Source of the DNA: Gammaproteobacteria bacterium
Lineage (GTDB): Bacteria; Pseudomonadota; Gammaproteobacteria; UBA4575
Length of the DNA stretch: 64,000 nucleotides
Assembly (NCBI GenBank): GCA_965222615.1
Contig: CBDCUI010000009.1
Coordinates: 128,001-192,000, forward strand
Direction: 5' to 3'
The notes under the pieces are model-generated. The model was given only the letters and a program-made list of their open reading frames with translations, made no database searches and was not told the origin of the DNA. The first letter of the stretch is position 1. Every line of letters begins with the position of its first letter. Positions 29,942-39,891 of this stretch are shown here, in pieces. Both the position numbers and the translations under genes were made by a program.

Positions 29942-31300
29942 ATGAAAAAGATAATCTTTTTTTCAATGTGTGCACTGATAATCGTACTTCCATCTATTGT
30001 CACTGCCACCAATGGCTACTTTGCCCATGGTACAGGGCTGATTAATCGTTCTCTTGCAGGTGCTGGTGTTGCTTTTCCACAAGATGCCATGGCGGGTGCC
30101 ACAAATCCTGCAGGTATGGCTTTTATCGGCAACCGTTTTGATATTGGAGCGGTTTTATTTAAACCCGATCGTGATTATTCCGCTGGGCCTAGTCTTGCCA
30201 ATGGTAATGGCGGTGCTTTTACTATTGGGCCGGCATCGGAAAATAGTGGCGACGAAAATTTCATCATTCCAAGCTTTGGGATCAATTATATGCTGAATGA
30301 TCGAAATGCTATCGGCTTGTCCATTTATGGTAACGGCGGTCTAAACACTACTTATGATGGGGGCAGTGCCTCGTTCGATCCATTTGGTATGGGTGGTGCA
30401 GGCATCACGTTCCCGGGCACCTTTGGTGCAGGGACGGCAGGTGTGGATTTATTTCAAATCTTTTTCAATTTTTCTTATGCCCACAAGTTTACAAATAACT
30501 TTTCAGTAGGCATTAGTCCAATATTTGCACTGCAGGGTTTTCGTTCCGCAGGGTTGAACGCCTTTGCACCTTTTACCAAAACCTTTGCCCAAAGTGGTGG
30601 CATGGCGATGCCCATGAATTTAACCCGTAATGGCCAGGAGTATTCCTATGGAGGCGGTGTGCAAGTTGGAGCTTTAGCACGAGATGTAATGGGTACAGCC
30701 GATTTTGGAATTTCATATCGTTCAAAAATGTATATGGATGAATTTGATGATTATGCTGATCTGTTTGCAGAAGAGGGTGACTTTGATATCCCATCTACTT
30801 TATGGGCAGGATTTGCAGTAGATCTCACACAAACTGTCACCTTAATCGCTGACTATCAAAAGATTTGGTATGACGATAGTGACGCAGTTAGCAACGATAT
30901 ACAAAATCTATTTAACTGCCCAACTTTAGGAGGCTCTGATTTTGAAAGTTGCTTGGGTGGTGAGAATGGTGCAGGGTTTGGTTGGGATAATATCGATATC
31001 ATAAAAGTTGGACTACAGTGGCAAACTCACCCTGACGTGACGGTGCGTTTTGGTTATAGCCATACCGACCAACCTATCGATAGTGATCAGGTGTTATTTA
31101 ATATTCTTGCGCCTGGTGTAATAGAGGATCATGTCACTATCGGTGCAACGATTGAAACTCAAATGGGTAAATTTAATCTAGAGGCCATGCATGCTTTACA
31201 TCATTCTGTTAAAGGTGCGAATCCTTTTGACCCAACTCAACAGATTCGGATTAAAATGAATCAATTTGAAATCGGAGCAAGCTGGTCCAAAGAGTTCTAG
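29942..31300 (+). CDS. fadL: FadL/OmpP1-family outer-membrane hydrophobic-compound transporter
   Basis: Signal peptide, TNGYFAHG, NPAG, GFGW, NILAPGV, terminal Phe; ATG 29942 with GGAG RBS. Confidence 0.88.
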   Translation: MKKIIFFSMCALIIVLPSIVTATNGYFAHGTGLINRSLAGAGVAFPQDAMAGATNPAGMAFIGNRFDIGAVLFKPDRDYSAGPSLANGNGGAFTIGPASENSGDENFIIPSFGINYMLNDRNAIGLSIYGNGGLNTTYDGGSASFDPFGMGGAGITFPGTFGAGTAGVDLFQIFFNFSYAHKFTNNFSVGISPIFALQGFRSAGLNAFAPFTKTFAQSGGMAMPMNLTRNGQEYSYGGGVQVGALARDVMGTADFGISYRSKMYMDEFDDYADLFAEEGDFDIPSTLWAGFAVDLTQTVTLIADYQKIWYDDSDAVSNDIQNLFNCPTLGGSDFESCLGGENGAGFGWDNIDIIKVGLQWQTHPDVTVRFGYSHTDQPIDSDQVLFNILAPGVIEDHVTIGATIETQMGKFNLEAMHALHHSVKGANPFDPTQQIRIKMNQFEIGASWSKEF

Positions 31301-31624
31301 GTGTGTCAATGCAAGATAATAATGGGAGTTTTTGTAGTTTTATTTTTATCTTGCCAACTAATAGTTGGTAAACTAGCGATGAATGTGTTGCGGTCCATCT
31401 GTTTGATGAAGACTATGAATACTCAGTAAAAAGTGATCGTGACACTACTCTTGCTTGTAGCGTGGCAATGAGTATCAGCATAAAACCAAAACTTAGCGAT
31501 GTTTGGCATCTGCTATATAGGCTAATATACTTTTGAAGCCATGCAATATTGCTCCATCATAAGTTACTTATTGACCGTTTGAAGCACGGAAGTAGGGTTG
31601 GCTGACTAGCTGTTCAGTAAGTAG

Positions 31625-31654
31625 TTGACTTTTTAATAAATGGTAAAATATAAC
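31625..31654 (+). promoter_or_regulatory. Possible sigma70 promoter for tRNA-Leu
   Basis: TTGACT-N18-TATAAC ending about 25 nt before the tRNA. Confidence 0.45.
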
Positions 31655-31678
31655 CCAATGCTTTCTATGAGTATCGTT

Positions 31679-31766
31679 GCCCGGGTGGCGGAATTGGTAG
31701 ACGCAAGGGACTTAAAATCCCTCGCCTGAATAAGGCGTGCCGGTTCGACTCCGGCCCCGGGCACCA
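31679..31766 (+). tRNA. leuZ: tRNA-Leu(TAA)
   Basis: GCCCGGG acceptor stem, GGTAGACGC D arm, anticodon loop CTTAAAA, long variable arm, GGTTCGACTCC, CCA. Confidence 0.97.
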
Positions 31767-31848
31767 TAATAATTAATGAGATATGATATTTTCTTAATGT
31801 GTCTTATTGCTTTAAATCCAGCAAAAGAATTGGCCCAAAATAGCTGGA

Positions 31849-32442
31849 ATGAATATGAGTAGACTAAGCTTTCAAAGGGGCTTTTCCGAGGACAGTCGAT
31901 ATACTGCAGCACAACTATATGATGAAGCGTTCGGCCCTAAATTCTCAGTAGCGATAAAATCTAAGCAAGAACGTCTCGCGATTCTCACAAGTAGTTTCGT
32001 ACCTGAATACGCAATAGTGGCTATGCACAATAATGAACTCATAGGGATCGCCGGATTTCATACTGTCGAGGGTTCATTAACAGGGGGCATGACTTATAAA
32101 GAACTTGCATCAAAGCTAGGAAGAATAAAAGGTACTTGGGCTGCGTTGGTATTTAGTTTATATGAAAGAAAACCGGCAGCTGGTGAACTATTAATGGACG
32201 GAATCGCTGTAAATAGCGATTTTAGAGGGCAGGGAATCGGCGGCAGACTGCTTGATGAAATTACTAAATATGCAAGTGAAAATTACTATGAAAAAATACG
32301 CTTAGACGTGATTGACACAAATCCAAGAGCTAGGAAATTGTACGAAAAGAAAGGCTTTAAACCGATTAAGACGGAAAATTTTTTTTATTTACGCTGGTTA
32401 TTAGGTTTTGGTAGCTCTACTACGATGAAGATGAGCATTTGA
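31849..32442 (+). CDS. GNAT-family acetyltransferase
   Basis: AVNSDFRGQGIGGRLL, N.RA.KLYEKKGF. Confidence 0.9.
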   Translation: MNMSRLSFQRGFSEDSRYTAAQLYDEAFGPKFSVAIKSKQERLAILTSSFVPEYAIVAMHNNELIGIAGFHTVEGSLTGGMTYKELASKLGRIKGTWAALVFSLYERKPAAGELLMDGIAVNSDFRGQGIGGRLLDEITKYASENYYEKIRLDVIDTNPRARKLYEKKGFKPIKTENFFYLRWLLGFGSSTTMKMSI

Positions 32443-32450
32443 TATAAAAA

Positions 32451-32879
32451 TCAGCATTGCTCCCATGGGAAACCATGGAAGCGCCAACCCCCTAATGTAC
32501 CTCGATGTCCTTGTTCATCCCGCTCGCCTTCAAAGCCTTCATCGATGTGGAACACGTTTTTGAAACCATCTTTTAATAATGCTTTCCCGGCTTCTTTGGA
32601 ACGTTTGCCACTTCGGCAAATTAAAATTATTGGGCTATGACAATCATTAGTATCACTTGTAGCACCGTCCAGCATTAATTTGCGAACTTCAGTAGTAAAT
32701 TGCGGATTTACTTCCCAGTCAGGTTCATCTATCCAAGGCAAATGTGTTGCACCAACAGGATGTCCGACAAACAAGTATTCCATTGAAGAACGTATATCTA
32801 GCAAAGTTACGCGAGGGTTATCCTTTAACATTTGCCAGGCTTGTCGACAAGTTAAATTGCGCAACTTGTTGTTATTCAT
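32451..32879 (-). CDS. Single-domain rhodanese-like sulfurtransferase
   Basis: LLDIRS..EY..GHP.GA, active-site CRSGKRS, GFEG..GW. Confidence 0.9.
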   Translation of the reverse strand: MNNNKLRNLTCRQAWQMLKDNPRVTLLDIRSSMEYLFVGHPVGATHLPWIDEPDWEVNPQFTTEVRKLMLDGATSDTNDCHSPIILICRSGKRSKEAGKALLKDGFKNVFHIDEGFEGERDEQGHRGTLGGWRFHGFPWEQC

Positions 32880-33616
32880 TGTTTAGACAAATTTATTACG
32901 AGTAATTTAGTCTTGCGTTGTTTAATTTCATTTTTCACTTTGACAAGTGATTTTTCTAACTCTTGTGCAATAATAATTGCTTCATAGTTTTTATTTGCCT
33001 GTTCAACTTTTTTATAGGATGTTGCTAATTCTTTTTGGTATTTTCCAATTGTTGATTCGGGGTCATTGATATCACTCGTATAGTGCTTGTAAAAAGTTGG
33101 GTCTTGTTTAAATGTGTATACCAATGAGACGTATGCTACTGCAAAATGAGTGCTGTAGGCCTTATACTCATCCAGAGTTTGCACTGTGTTTCGTGCCTGT
33201 TTAATTTTATTATTAAACGTATCGCAATAGCCAAGTAATTTTTTCTTGTAGTCACCTGTTACGTCATACTCATTTACAAGCTTAGTTATAATTTCTGAAA
33301 CCTGTAAGCGAATATCATCGTATGCAATTAAAGTATTGAGTAACTCTTGCTCAATTGTTGCCAGTGACTTTTGATTTAGTTTGAGTGACTGCAACGCAGA
33401 TTCGAGCTCGTTCTTTAATACTATTAATTTTTCATGTGAGATGTCGGAAAGATTCTCTGGTAGGCCATAAGCAGCTATTGTTTTAGTTACTGTAGGATTT
33501 TCGTAGTGCAGAGAATCTGCAAATACATGAGGAATCGTACAAATAAAAAATATGACAAATAGTGCTATATGTAAAAACGTTTTAGTGTAAATGTTTTGAT
33601 GGTCTATATTAGACAT
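32876..33616 (-). CDS. Hypothetical exported helical/coiled-coil protein
   Basis: 246 aa, signal-like N-terminus ending VFA-D; GGAG RBS; overlaps the rhodanese start by 4 nt. Confidence 0.7.
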   Translation of the reverse strand: MSNIDHQNIYTKTFLHIALFVIFFICTIPHVFADSLHYENPTVTKTIAAYGLPENLSDISHEKLIVLKNELESALQSLKLNQKSLATIEQELLNTLIAYDDIRLQVSEIITKLVNEYDVTGDYKKKLLGYCDTFNNKIKQARNTVQTLDEYKAYSTHFAVAYVSLVYTFKQDPTFYKHYTSDINDPESTIGKYQKELATSYKKVEQANKNYEAIIIAQELEKSLVKVKNEIKQRKTKLLVINLSKQ

Positions 33617-33681
33617 GTGTCCGTTCTCCTAGCCCGTTAGTTGATATCGTTGTCTCATTTATTGGGCTAACTAAACGGCAA

Positions 33682-33736
33682 CGCTTTAGCAGTATTTTGT
33701 AAGCCGCCCTGCAAGTTGTTTGATTAAACCGGCGAC
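33682..33736 (-). promoter_or_regulatory. Second SAM-II-like riboswitch aptamer
   Basis: GUCGCC-GGUUUA..CUUGCAG-GGCGGC..AAAAUACU-GCUAAAGCG; P1 stem pairs; pseudoknot motifs UUGC/GCUAAA present. Confidence 0.65.
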
Positions 33737-33739
33737 CAT

Positions 33740-33771
33740 AAAAAAACCCATCTAAGCACTGCTTAAATGGG
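33740..33771 (-). terminator. Intrinsic terminator between the two aptamers
   Basis: CCCAUUUAAGC-AGU-GCUUAGAUGGG followed by U7. Confidence 0.85.
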
Positions 33772-33783
33772 CCCTATATCCCT

Positions 33784-33834
33784 CGCTTTAGCGGTACTTA
33801 TTGTGCGCCCGCAAGCTGATGCTCAAATCGGCGC
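33784..33834 (-). promoter_or_regulatory. SAM-II riboswitch aptamer
   Basis: GCGCC-GAUUUG-AGCAUCAG-CUUGCG-GGCGC-ACAAUAAGUACC-GCUAAAGCG matches the SAM-II pattern (P1, GAUUU, UUGC, A-rich linker, GCUAAA). Confidence 0.8.
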
Positions 33835-33843
33835 CTAATATGT

Positions 33844-33872
33844 AGCTTAATTATAGGTATAAGTTTTGTCAA
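33844..33872 (-). promoter_or_regulatory. Sigma70 promoter driving the riboswitch leader
   Basis: TTGACA (33872-33867)-N17-TAAGCT (33849-33844), about 10 nt before the first aptamer. Confidence 0.7.
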
Positions 33873-34106
33873 TACTTATATTAAACTATTTTCCCCAAAT
33901 TAAGTGCCAGTGGCTTAACCAGAGAACTCTGTCACAGTGTCAATACACAGGCTACCTAGTTGGGATTAATTTATACCTAATTTTAATTAAAGCAGCGTGA
34001 TATTTTTGCAGATAAGATCTCAGTACGCTACAGAGTTAATATAGCGGTGGATTGTTGCTCTCAGATAGCAAATAAATTTATCGATTTACTTCTAGAATAA
34101 GAACAA

Positions 34107-34880
34107 ATGCCTAATTCCTTTTTGATTCAGTTATTTACACTTATTTGCCTGATAAGTTTCATTCCTTTGAAGGCAGTTGCTAAATGTACAATAGAAGAAG
34201 TCGAATTTTTTTTAGATAAGGGCTTTTCTCAGGAACAGATAACTCGCTTATGTTCAACTGCTAGTGGCCAAAATTGCCCTCCTTGTCCGAAAGAAAAAAC
34301 CTTAACTCAGCTAGAAATAGCAGACATTTGTAAAGCATCTAATTCTGCTAGTTTAGATTGTAGTAAATGCCCTCAACAATCAGTAACAGGTACGACAAGT
34401 GAATCTTCGCAAGAAATTGATGAAACTCGACAAAACGTTGCTCTAGTGCACAAAGCCGACTCATCTCAAAGCGAACGAGAGGCAATTCAAAAGTTAAAAA
34501 TAGCGGGGGACATACTAAATTTCGATGTCGATCCCGAGAAAATAAAATATACCAAAAGAGTTTGTGTGTTTTCCGGTGATGCACAAGCAAGGGGCAGACG
34601 TCGTGAATATTGCCACGGTATTAATTACACAATCACGCGTCGCAATTTACAAGCAAGTCCTGGCAAAACGCTACCGATAATTGGTACACCCAATGCATTA
34701 ATTGTTGGCGATATATCGTTGGAATTGAATGGCAGTCTAAAAGAATATCCGTCTGAAGTTCGTAAACAATTAGAGGCATATGTTAAGGATAATCAAGGTA
34801 AAAATGAAACTAATTTTCCTGCACGTGAGGAATTTTCTGTTGCGGAGATTGTTCAAGCTTTGCAAACGCTTTCACGTTAA
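34107..34880 (+). CDS. Hypothetical exported Cys-containing protein
   Basis: Signal peptide AVA-K; CPPC and CSKC motifs. Confidence 0.7.
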   Translation: MPNSFLIQLFTLICLISFIPLKAVAKCTIEEVEFFLDKGFSQEQITRLCSTASGQNCPPCPKEKTLTQLEIADICKASNSASLDCSKCPQQSVTGTTSESSQEIDETRQNVALVHKADSSQSEREAIQKLKIAGDILNFDVDPEKIKYTKRVCVFSGDAQARGRRREYCHGINYTITRRNLQASPGKTLPIIGTPNALIVGDISLELNGSLKEYPSEVRKQLEAYVKDNQGKNETNFPAREEFSVAEIVQALQTLSR

Positions 34881-34929
34881 AAATCGCATAGTCTGCCTTA
34901 TAACTTAGCTTTTTAACTATGGTACTTAT

Positions 34930-36366
34930 ATGGCATCAATAACAGAAAATATTTCGGGTATAAAGCAAAGTAAAATAATTTATTTTATTCCTTCGTTCTT
35001 AATTCTATTTTTTTTCAGCTTATCTTTTTTACCGCGTATCCAACAAAACGAAAATCTTATTTATACCTTTTGGTGGGTAAGTATCATACTCGTACTCTTG
35101 TATGGATTCGTATTATTTTTTCTTCTGAAAAACAAAATAATACCAAGTATACGCGTAGTACTACGACCATCGCACTATGTGCAAGCTATGGTTCAACTTG
35201 GAGTTTATATCTATTGGGGATGGTATTGGCGACCTGTTTATGAACAGGCTACATTGATCCTTGCGCAGCTAGTATTCCTTTATATATTAGAAGCACTCAT
35301 ATCATGGGTACGAGGTAGACAGTGGTATTTAGGTTTTGGCGTCTTTCCCATCATATTTAGCATCAATTTATTTCTTTGGTTTAAAGACGATACTTTTTTC
35401 TTACAATTTATAATGGTGGCCATTGGAGTACTAGGAAAGGAGTTTATTACATGGAATAAAGAAGGGCGTATTACTCATATTTTTAATCCGTCTGCCTTTG
35501 CATTATCAGTAGCTGCAATGCTGTTAATAGTAACCAATAATTCCGAGATTAGTTGGGGGCATGCGATTGCTAACACATTAGCTTATCCAGAATATATTTA
35601 CGTATGTATATTTGCTCTTAGTCTAGTCGTCCAATATTTATTTCGAGTAACTTTAGTAACACTTTCGGCAGCAGTAACCTTAGTTCTAATTGGTTTAATT
35701 TATTTTAAATTGACAGGGGTGTATTTCTTTATCACCTCCGATATTCCCATAGCCGTATTTCTCGGTTTACATTTATTGATAACAGATCCTTCCACATCGC
35801 CGCGTACGGATTTTGGTCGCGTTCTATTTGGAGCCTTGTATGGAATTAGTGTAATAATATTATTTGCTGTGCTGAATCAAACGGGGTTCCCTACCTTTTA
35901 TGACAAGTTATTGGCGGTGCCGATATTAAATCTGACTATTCAAATGCTTGACCGTGTGGCTAGAGGCATTGACTTTTCTAAATTTTGGCCAGAGGAATTA
36001 CGATTTAAGTTTACGCCACACCAACTAAATCAATTGCATATGGCAATTTGGATTATTTTCTTTTTGAGCTTATTTTCTGCAAATAAGTTTGGTAGTTCGC
36101 ATGCAGGGCGGAATTCCGGCTTTTGGGAACAGGCATGTGATAAAAACTTACGCAATGCTTGTCATAATTTATATGATCTAATGGCAAATGAATGTGCTAA
36201 AGGCCAACCAATTGCGTGTGCAAAACAGGGCTGGATGACACGCAATGCTGTTGGCACGGTGCGTGATGATAAAAAGGCCTTTGAGTTGGTTGACCATGCC
36301 TGTGACCTTGGTTTTACTGAAGCCTGTACTCGTCTTTATGAGGGTGAGTTTAACTACGAAAAATAG
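34930..36366 (+). CDS. RnfD/NqrB-like polytopic membrane protein with C-terminal Sel1-like repeats
   Basis: HIFNPSAF and ITDPSTSP motifs, many TM helices; C-terminal ACD..AC Cys-paired helical repeats. Confidence 0.7.
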   Translation: MASITENISGIKQSKIIYFIPSFLILFFFSLSFLPRIQQNENLIYTFWWVSIILVLLYGFVLFFLLKNKIIPSIRVVLRPSHYVQAMVQLGVYIYWGWYWRPVYEQATLILAQLVFLYILEALISWVRGRQWYLGFGVFPIIFSINLFLWFKDDTFFLQFIMVAIGVLGKEFITWNKEGRITHIFNPSAFALSVAAMLLIVTNNSEISWGHAIANTLAYPEYIYVCIFALSLVVQYLFRVTLVTLSAAVTLVLIGLIYFKLTGVYFFITSDIPIAVFLGLHLLITDPSTSPRTDFGRVLFGALYGISVIILFAVLNQTGFPTFYDKLLAVPILNLTIQMLDRVARGIDFSKFWPEELRFKFTPHQLNQLHMAIWIIFFLSLFSANKFGSSHAGRNSGFWEQACDKNLRNACHNLYDLMANECAKGQPIACAKQGWMTRNAVGTVRDDKKAFELVDHACDLGFTEACTRLYEGEFNYEK

Positions 36367-36437
36367 TACTTATAAAATATTTGATTACTATCAATTGTTT
36401 TCGTACTAAATCGATTGAGTTCAACAACAATATATTT

Positions 36438-36689
36438 ATGGACTATCAGTGGCATGACATTGTAGGGAATGTAGGAGTTGGTTTAATAATCATTACCTAT
36501 TTTTTGCTGCAGATGGGCCGCATGGACAGCGCGAGTTATAAATATTCAATTCTCAATGCCTTAGGTGCATTTTTTGTCATCATTTCATTAATGTATGAAT
36601 TCAATATGTCAGCATTTATCGTTGAGGCTTTTTGGGTTGGTATAAGCTTGTTCGGAATTTTCCGACTGTGGAGAATGAGGCATCGGTAA
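36438..36689 (+). CDS. Small membrane protein (CBU_0592-like)
   Basis: DIVGNVGV..YFLLQ...YSILNALGA...FNMSAFIVEAFW; ATG 36438. Confidence 0.7.
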   Translation: MDYQWHDIVGNVGVGLIIITYFLLQMGRMDSASYKYSILNALGAFFVIISLMYEFNMSAFIVEAFWVGISLFGIFRLWRMRHR

Positions 36690-36987
36690 ATGTGATGTTA
36701 GTAATGTTGGCTACTCTTTAAGCTTATAGTTGTTTCTTAACATTGACTGAAGATATAAACCACTTATAGCGAACTAATATTTTCTAGCAACCAGGAAATC
36801 CACTATTGTATAACCACTGTATAGTCTCTATACCTAATGCTTACTCATAAGGTGGTATGCCCTAAGTGCAATTGCTCGAGAATCTGTGGAAGTCCAGTAT
36901 CTATATATTCGTTTAGATAAAAATCATAATGAGGCCTAGTGGGCAGGCTGTTTTCTGAAGGATTTACACTTTAAATATAAAAATAAG

Positions 36988-38331
36988 ATGAGCTTTCCAA
37001 CGCAGGTAAAATACTTAGTTATTGGCGCCGGAATACATGGTCTCAGTACGGCCTATCACTTGGCATTGCAACTCAAAGCAAAAGGACGGGGAAGTGGCGA
37101 AAATATATTAGTTATAGATAAAAATGGCATCGCTTCCGGAGCGTCCGGTATTGCATGTGGTGTAATACGTAACAACTATTTTCAGCCAGCTATGCGTGAG
37201 TTAATGGTACACAGTGTGGAAGTTTGGGAAACCGATCCTGAAACTTATAGCTACTATCCGGTTGGATACATGCAAATCAGTCCTGAAATTATGCATGAAG
37301 ATGTTGCCAGTATCGCAAAACAACAACAAGATATTGGTTATCAATCCGCTTTCATTGAAGGTGAAAATGACTGCATGAAATATATGAGAAGTATTTTCGA
37401 TGATTGGCAGGCCAAAGAGATAACTTCTGTCTTACATGAAAAGCGTGGCGGTTATGCCAACAACACCAAGTCAATGTATGGACTGGCATCTAAGGCTGAG
37501 GCTGAAGGCGTACGAATTATGAGCGGTGTCAAAGTAACTGATTTTCAGCAAGCCAATGGCAGTGACAGTGTTAAAGCAGTAGTAACTAACAAAGGTACAA
37601 TCGAATGTGACTATGTCATCATCGGTGTTGGTCCTTGGGTCAAATCGCTTTGGGAGATGCTGGAATTACCTAAAACGGTCGATGTCAAATTACCGGATGG
37701 CACAATGAATAATGATGTACTTATGTGGGTTTATTGGTCACTACAAGAAGGTACTTTAGGCGTTGATCCAAACATGCAAAAAACAAATGATGGTGATTTT
37801 CCTCCTGTTATCCATGTGGATTCTGCTGCACCGCTTTATTCGGAAAGAGATGGCAAATTGATTACCGATAAGATGTGGGGCATCTATTACAAACCCGATT
37901 TTAATTTTGGTGGTATTCAAGGTGGAGCGGCACCATTTAAAGTGGAGGAAGATCCTGATGTAGTGAAAATTGATCCATATGGCCCCGAATCTCCTCATTA
38001 TGTTGTAGATGAAGACTTTGTTGAGATGTGGGTTTCGGCATTGGCACATTGTCAAAAGCGTTTTGAAGGTACCTTGCCACAATACAAACGAGAACCTTCT
38101 GGAGGCTTGGGTTGTTTTACCCCTGATAATTTTCCTGTTTTCGATGTTTTCAAAGATAACTGCTACATCATCGCAGATTCAAATCATGGCTATAAAATGA
38201 TTGGTGTAGGCAAACTTGTCGCGGAAGAAATTTGCGGTGAAACAAGTAGATTATTGGAGCCATTTCGTTTTTCACGTTATGCCGAAGGTAAACTGCATCC
38301 TATTTCAAACAGTCCATATCCATGGAGTTAA
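36988..38331 (+). CDS. FAD-dependent oxidoreductase, sarcosine oxidase beta / N-methylglutamate dehydrogenase-like
   Basis: VIGAGIHGLSTAYHLA, GASGIACGVIRNNY, TPDNFP, HGYK. Confidence 0.85.
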   Translation: MSFPTQVKYLVIGAGIHGLSTAYHLALQLKAKGRGSGENILVIDKNGIASGASGIACGVIRNNYFQPAMRELMVHSVEVWETDPETYSYYPVGYMQISPEIMHEDVASIAKQQQDIGYQSAFIEGENDCMKYMRSIFDDWQAKEITSVLHEKRGGYANNTKSMYGLASKAEAEGVRIMSGVKVTDFQQANGSDSVKAVVTNKGTIECDYVIIGVGPWVKSLWEMLELPKTVDVKLPDGTMNNDVLMWVYWSLQEGTLGVDPNMQKTNDGDFPPVIHVDSAAPLYSERDGKLITDKMWGIYYKPDFNFGGIQGGAAPFKVEEDPDVVKIDPYGPESPHYVVDEDFVEMWVSALAHCQKRFEGTLPQYKREPSGGLGCFTPDNFPVFDVFKDNCYIIADSNHGYKMIGVGKLVAEEICGETSRLLEPFRFSRYAEGKLHPISNSPYPWS

Positions 38332-38394
38332 GAAACGTAGTGTTGATTTGCTGATGGTCAATATAAAAAAGTATAAAAAGAGGAGCTCTAGAAA

Positions 38395-39870
38395 ATGGCA
38401 ACAGATTTAGAAAAACATGTAAATGCCGATGGACGAAGCGATCTAGTTAAACAAGTTCGTGACAAAATAAATTCATTAGGTGTTAAGTACATATATTTTC
38501 AATTCGTATCCGTTACCGGTCGTATTGTTGGCAAAGGAATTCCTGCAGATCATTGGGAGCGAATTGCAGAACGAGGATTTCAGTTAGTCTATGGTTCTAC
38601 CGCTAATCTCTATCTTGATCGTCATGGCAGCTATATAGGCTACGGGCCCGAGGCATCAGAACTGGTCGGCATTCCAGATCCAGAAACGTTCTGTCAGCTT
38701 CCATGGGATAAACGTATTGGGCGTGTCTTTTGCACATGTTTTCGCAATCGTGAAGAACAAGAAAATCCCGGAGCTCATTTAACTTCAGATTGCCGCGGTA
38801 ATCTTCGCATCATCCACGATGAATTCAAGGCAAAACATGATGGTTTACACATGCGTATGGGTACCGAGCCCGAGATGATGTGGCTGAAGAAAGACGAAAA
38901 TGGTCAACTAGATGGCGGCGTGACTAAACCAAATTGTTATCACATTGATCAGTTTGAAGAACTACGACCGGCTTCCATAAAAGTCATCGAATATGCGGAA
39001 CAAATGGGCTACGACATGATTCAAGGTGATCATGAGGATGCACCAGGACAACTTGAATTAAACTGGATGTTTGATGATGTGATGCGTAATGCAGATCGTT
39101 TAACTACCTACCGACAAATCTGTGCACAAGTTGCTCGTGAACAAAATTTAGTAGCTTGTTTTATGACGAAACCCTTTATGGGTGTTTCGGCTTCAGGTTG
39201 TCACCACAATGTATCTTTATGGAAAGGTGGTAAATCTGTAGTGAACTCATTACATCAAGACCCAATGGGTGGGATGGAAGATGTATTCAGTTATCTACAA
39301 GGTGGCGACAACACCTTTATGCCCGATCCCAAAATTGATGAGCGTAAGCCGGGGCCGATTGGTCTGCAATGTATCGGTGGTGTCATGCAACATTTGCAAG
39401 CACTTACGGCAATTGGTTCTTCTACGGTTAACTCTTATCGGCGTTTATGGGATACCGGTTTTTGGGCTCCCGTATTCGCTGACTGGGGTTTTCAAAATCG
39501 TACTTGTGGTTTGCGTGTTTCTGCACCAGGTAGATTTGAATATCGCTCTGTCGATTCTATGGTGAATCCTTACTTGATGGGTGCCGCCTTACTCAAGGCA
39601 TTTGATGATGGCATTACAAATGATTTAGACCCAGGTGATCCAGAAGAACGCAATATTTACGAGGCAATAAAAGAAGGTAAGGATGTGAAAAGACTACCGA
39701 TGTCCCTAGGGGAGGCGTTAGAGGCATTGGATAAGGATGAGGTAATCAAATCTTCAATGCCCGATGAAATGTATAAGGTATTTACTCATTATAAAAATGA
39801 TGAGTGGGAGCGATTTAATCATACCGTGACTAATTGGGATGTTGAGACCTATCTAGATTATTTACCATAA
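38395..39870 (+). CDS. Glutamine synthetase-family protein (gamma-glutamylamide synthetase-like)
   Basis: GTEPE, DHEDAPGQLE, FMTKPF..SASGCHHN, NSYRRL, NRT..R, FEYRSVD..NPYL. Confidence 0.88.
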   Translation: MATDLEKHVNADGRSDLVKQVRDKINSLGVKYIYFQFVSVTGRIVGKGIPADHWERIAERGFQLVYGSTANLYLDRHGSYIGYGPEASELVGIPDPETFCQLPWDKRIGRVFCTCFRNREEQENPGAHLTSDCRGNLRIIHDEFKAKHDGLHMRMGTEPEMMWLKKDENGQLDGGVTKPNCYHIDQFEELRPASIKVIEYAEQMGYDMIQGDHEDAPGQLELNWMFDDVMRNADRLTTYRQICAQVAREQNLVACFMTKPFMGVSASGCHHNVSLWKGGKSVVNSLHQDPMGGMEDVFSYLQGGDNTFMPDPKIDERKPGPIGLQCIGGVMQHLQALTAIGSSTVNSYRRLWDTGFWAPVFADWGFQNRTCGLRVSAPGRFEYRSVDSMVNPYLMGAALLKAFDDGITNDLDPGDPEERNIYEAIKEGKDVKRLPMSLGEALEALDKDEVIKSSMPDEMYKVFTHYKNDEWERFNHTVTNWDVETYLDYLP

Positions 39871-39891
39871 ATTTAACAGGAGAAATTTAAA

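Noticed and set aside
31712-31912. 66-aa minus-strand ORF
   Set aside because: Antisense to tRNA-Leu and the GNAT start.
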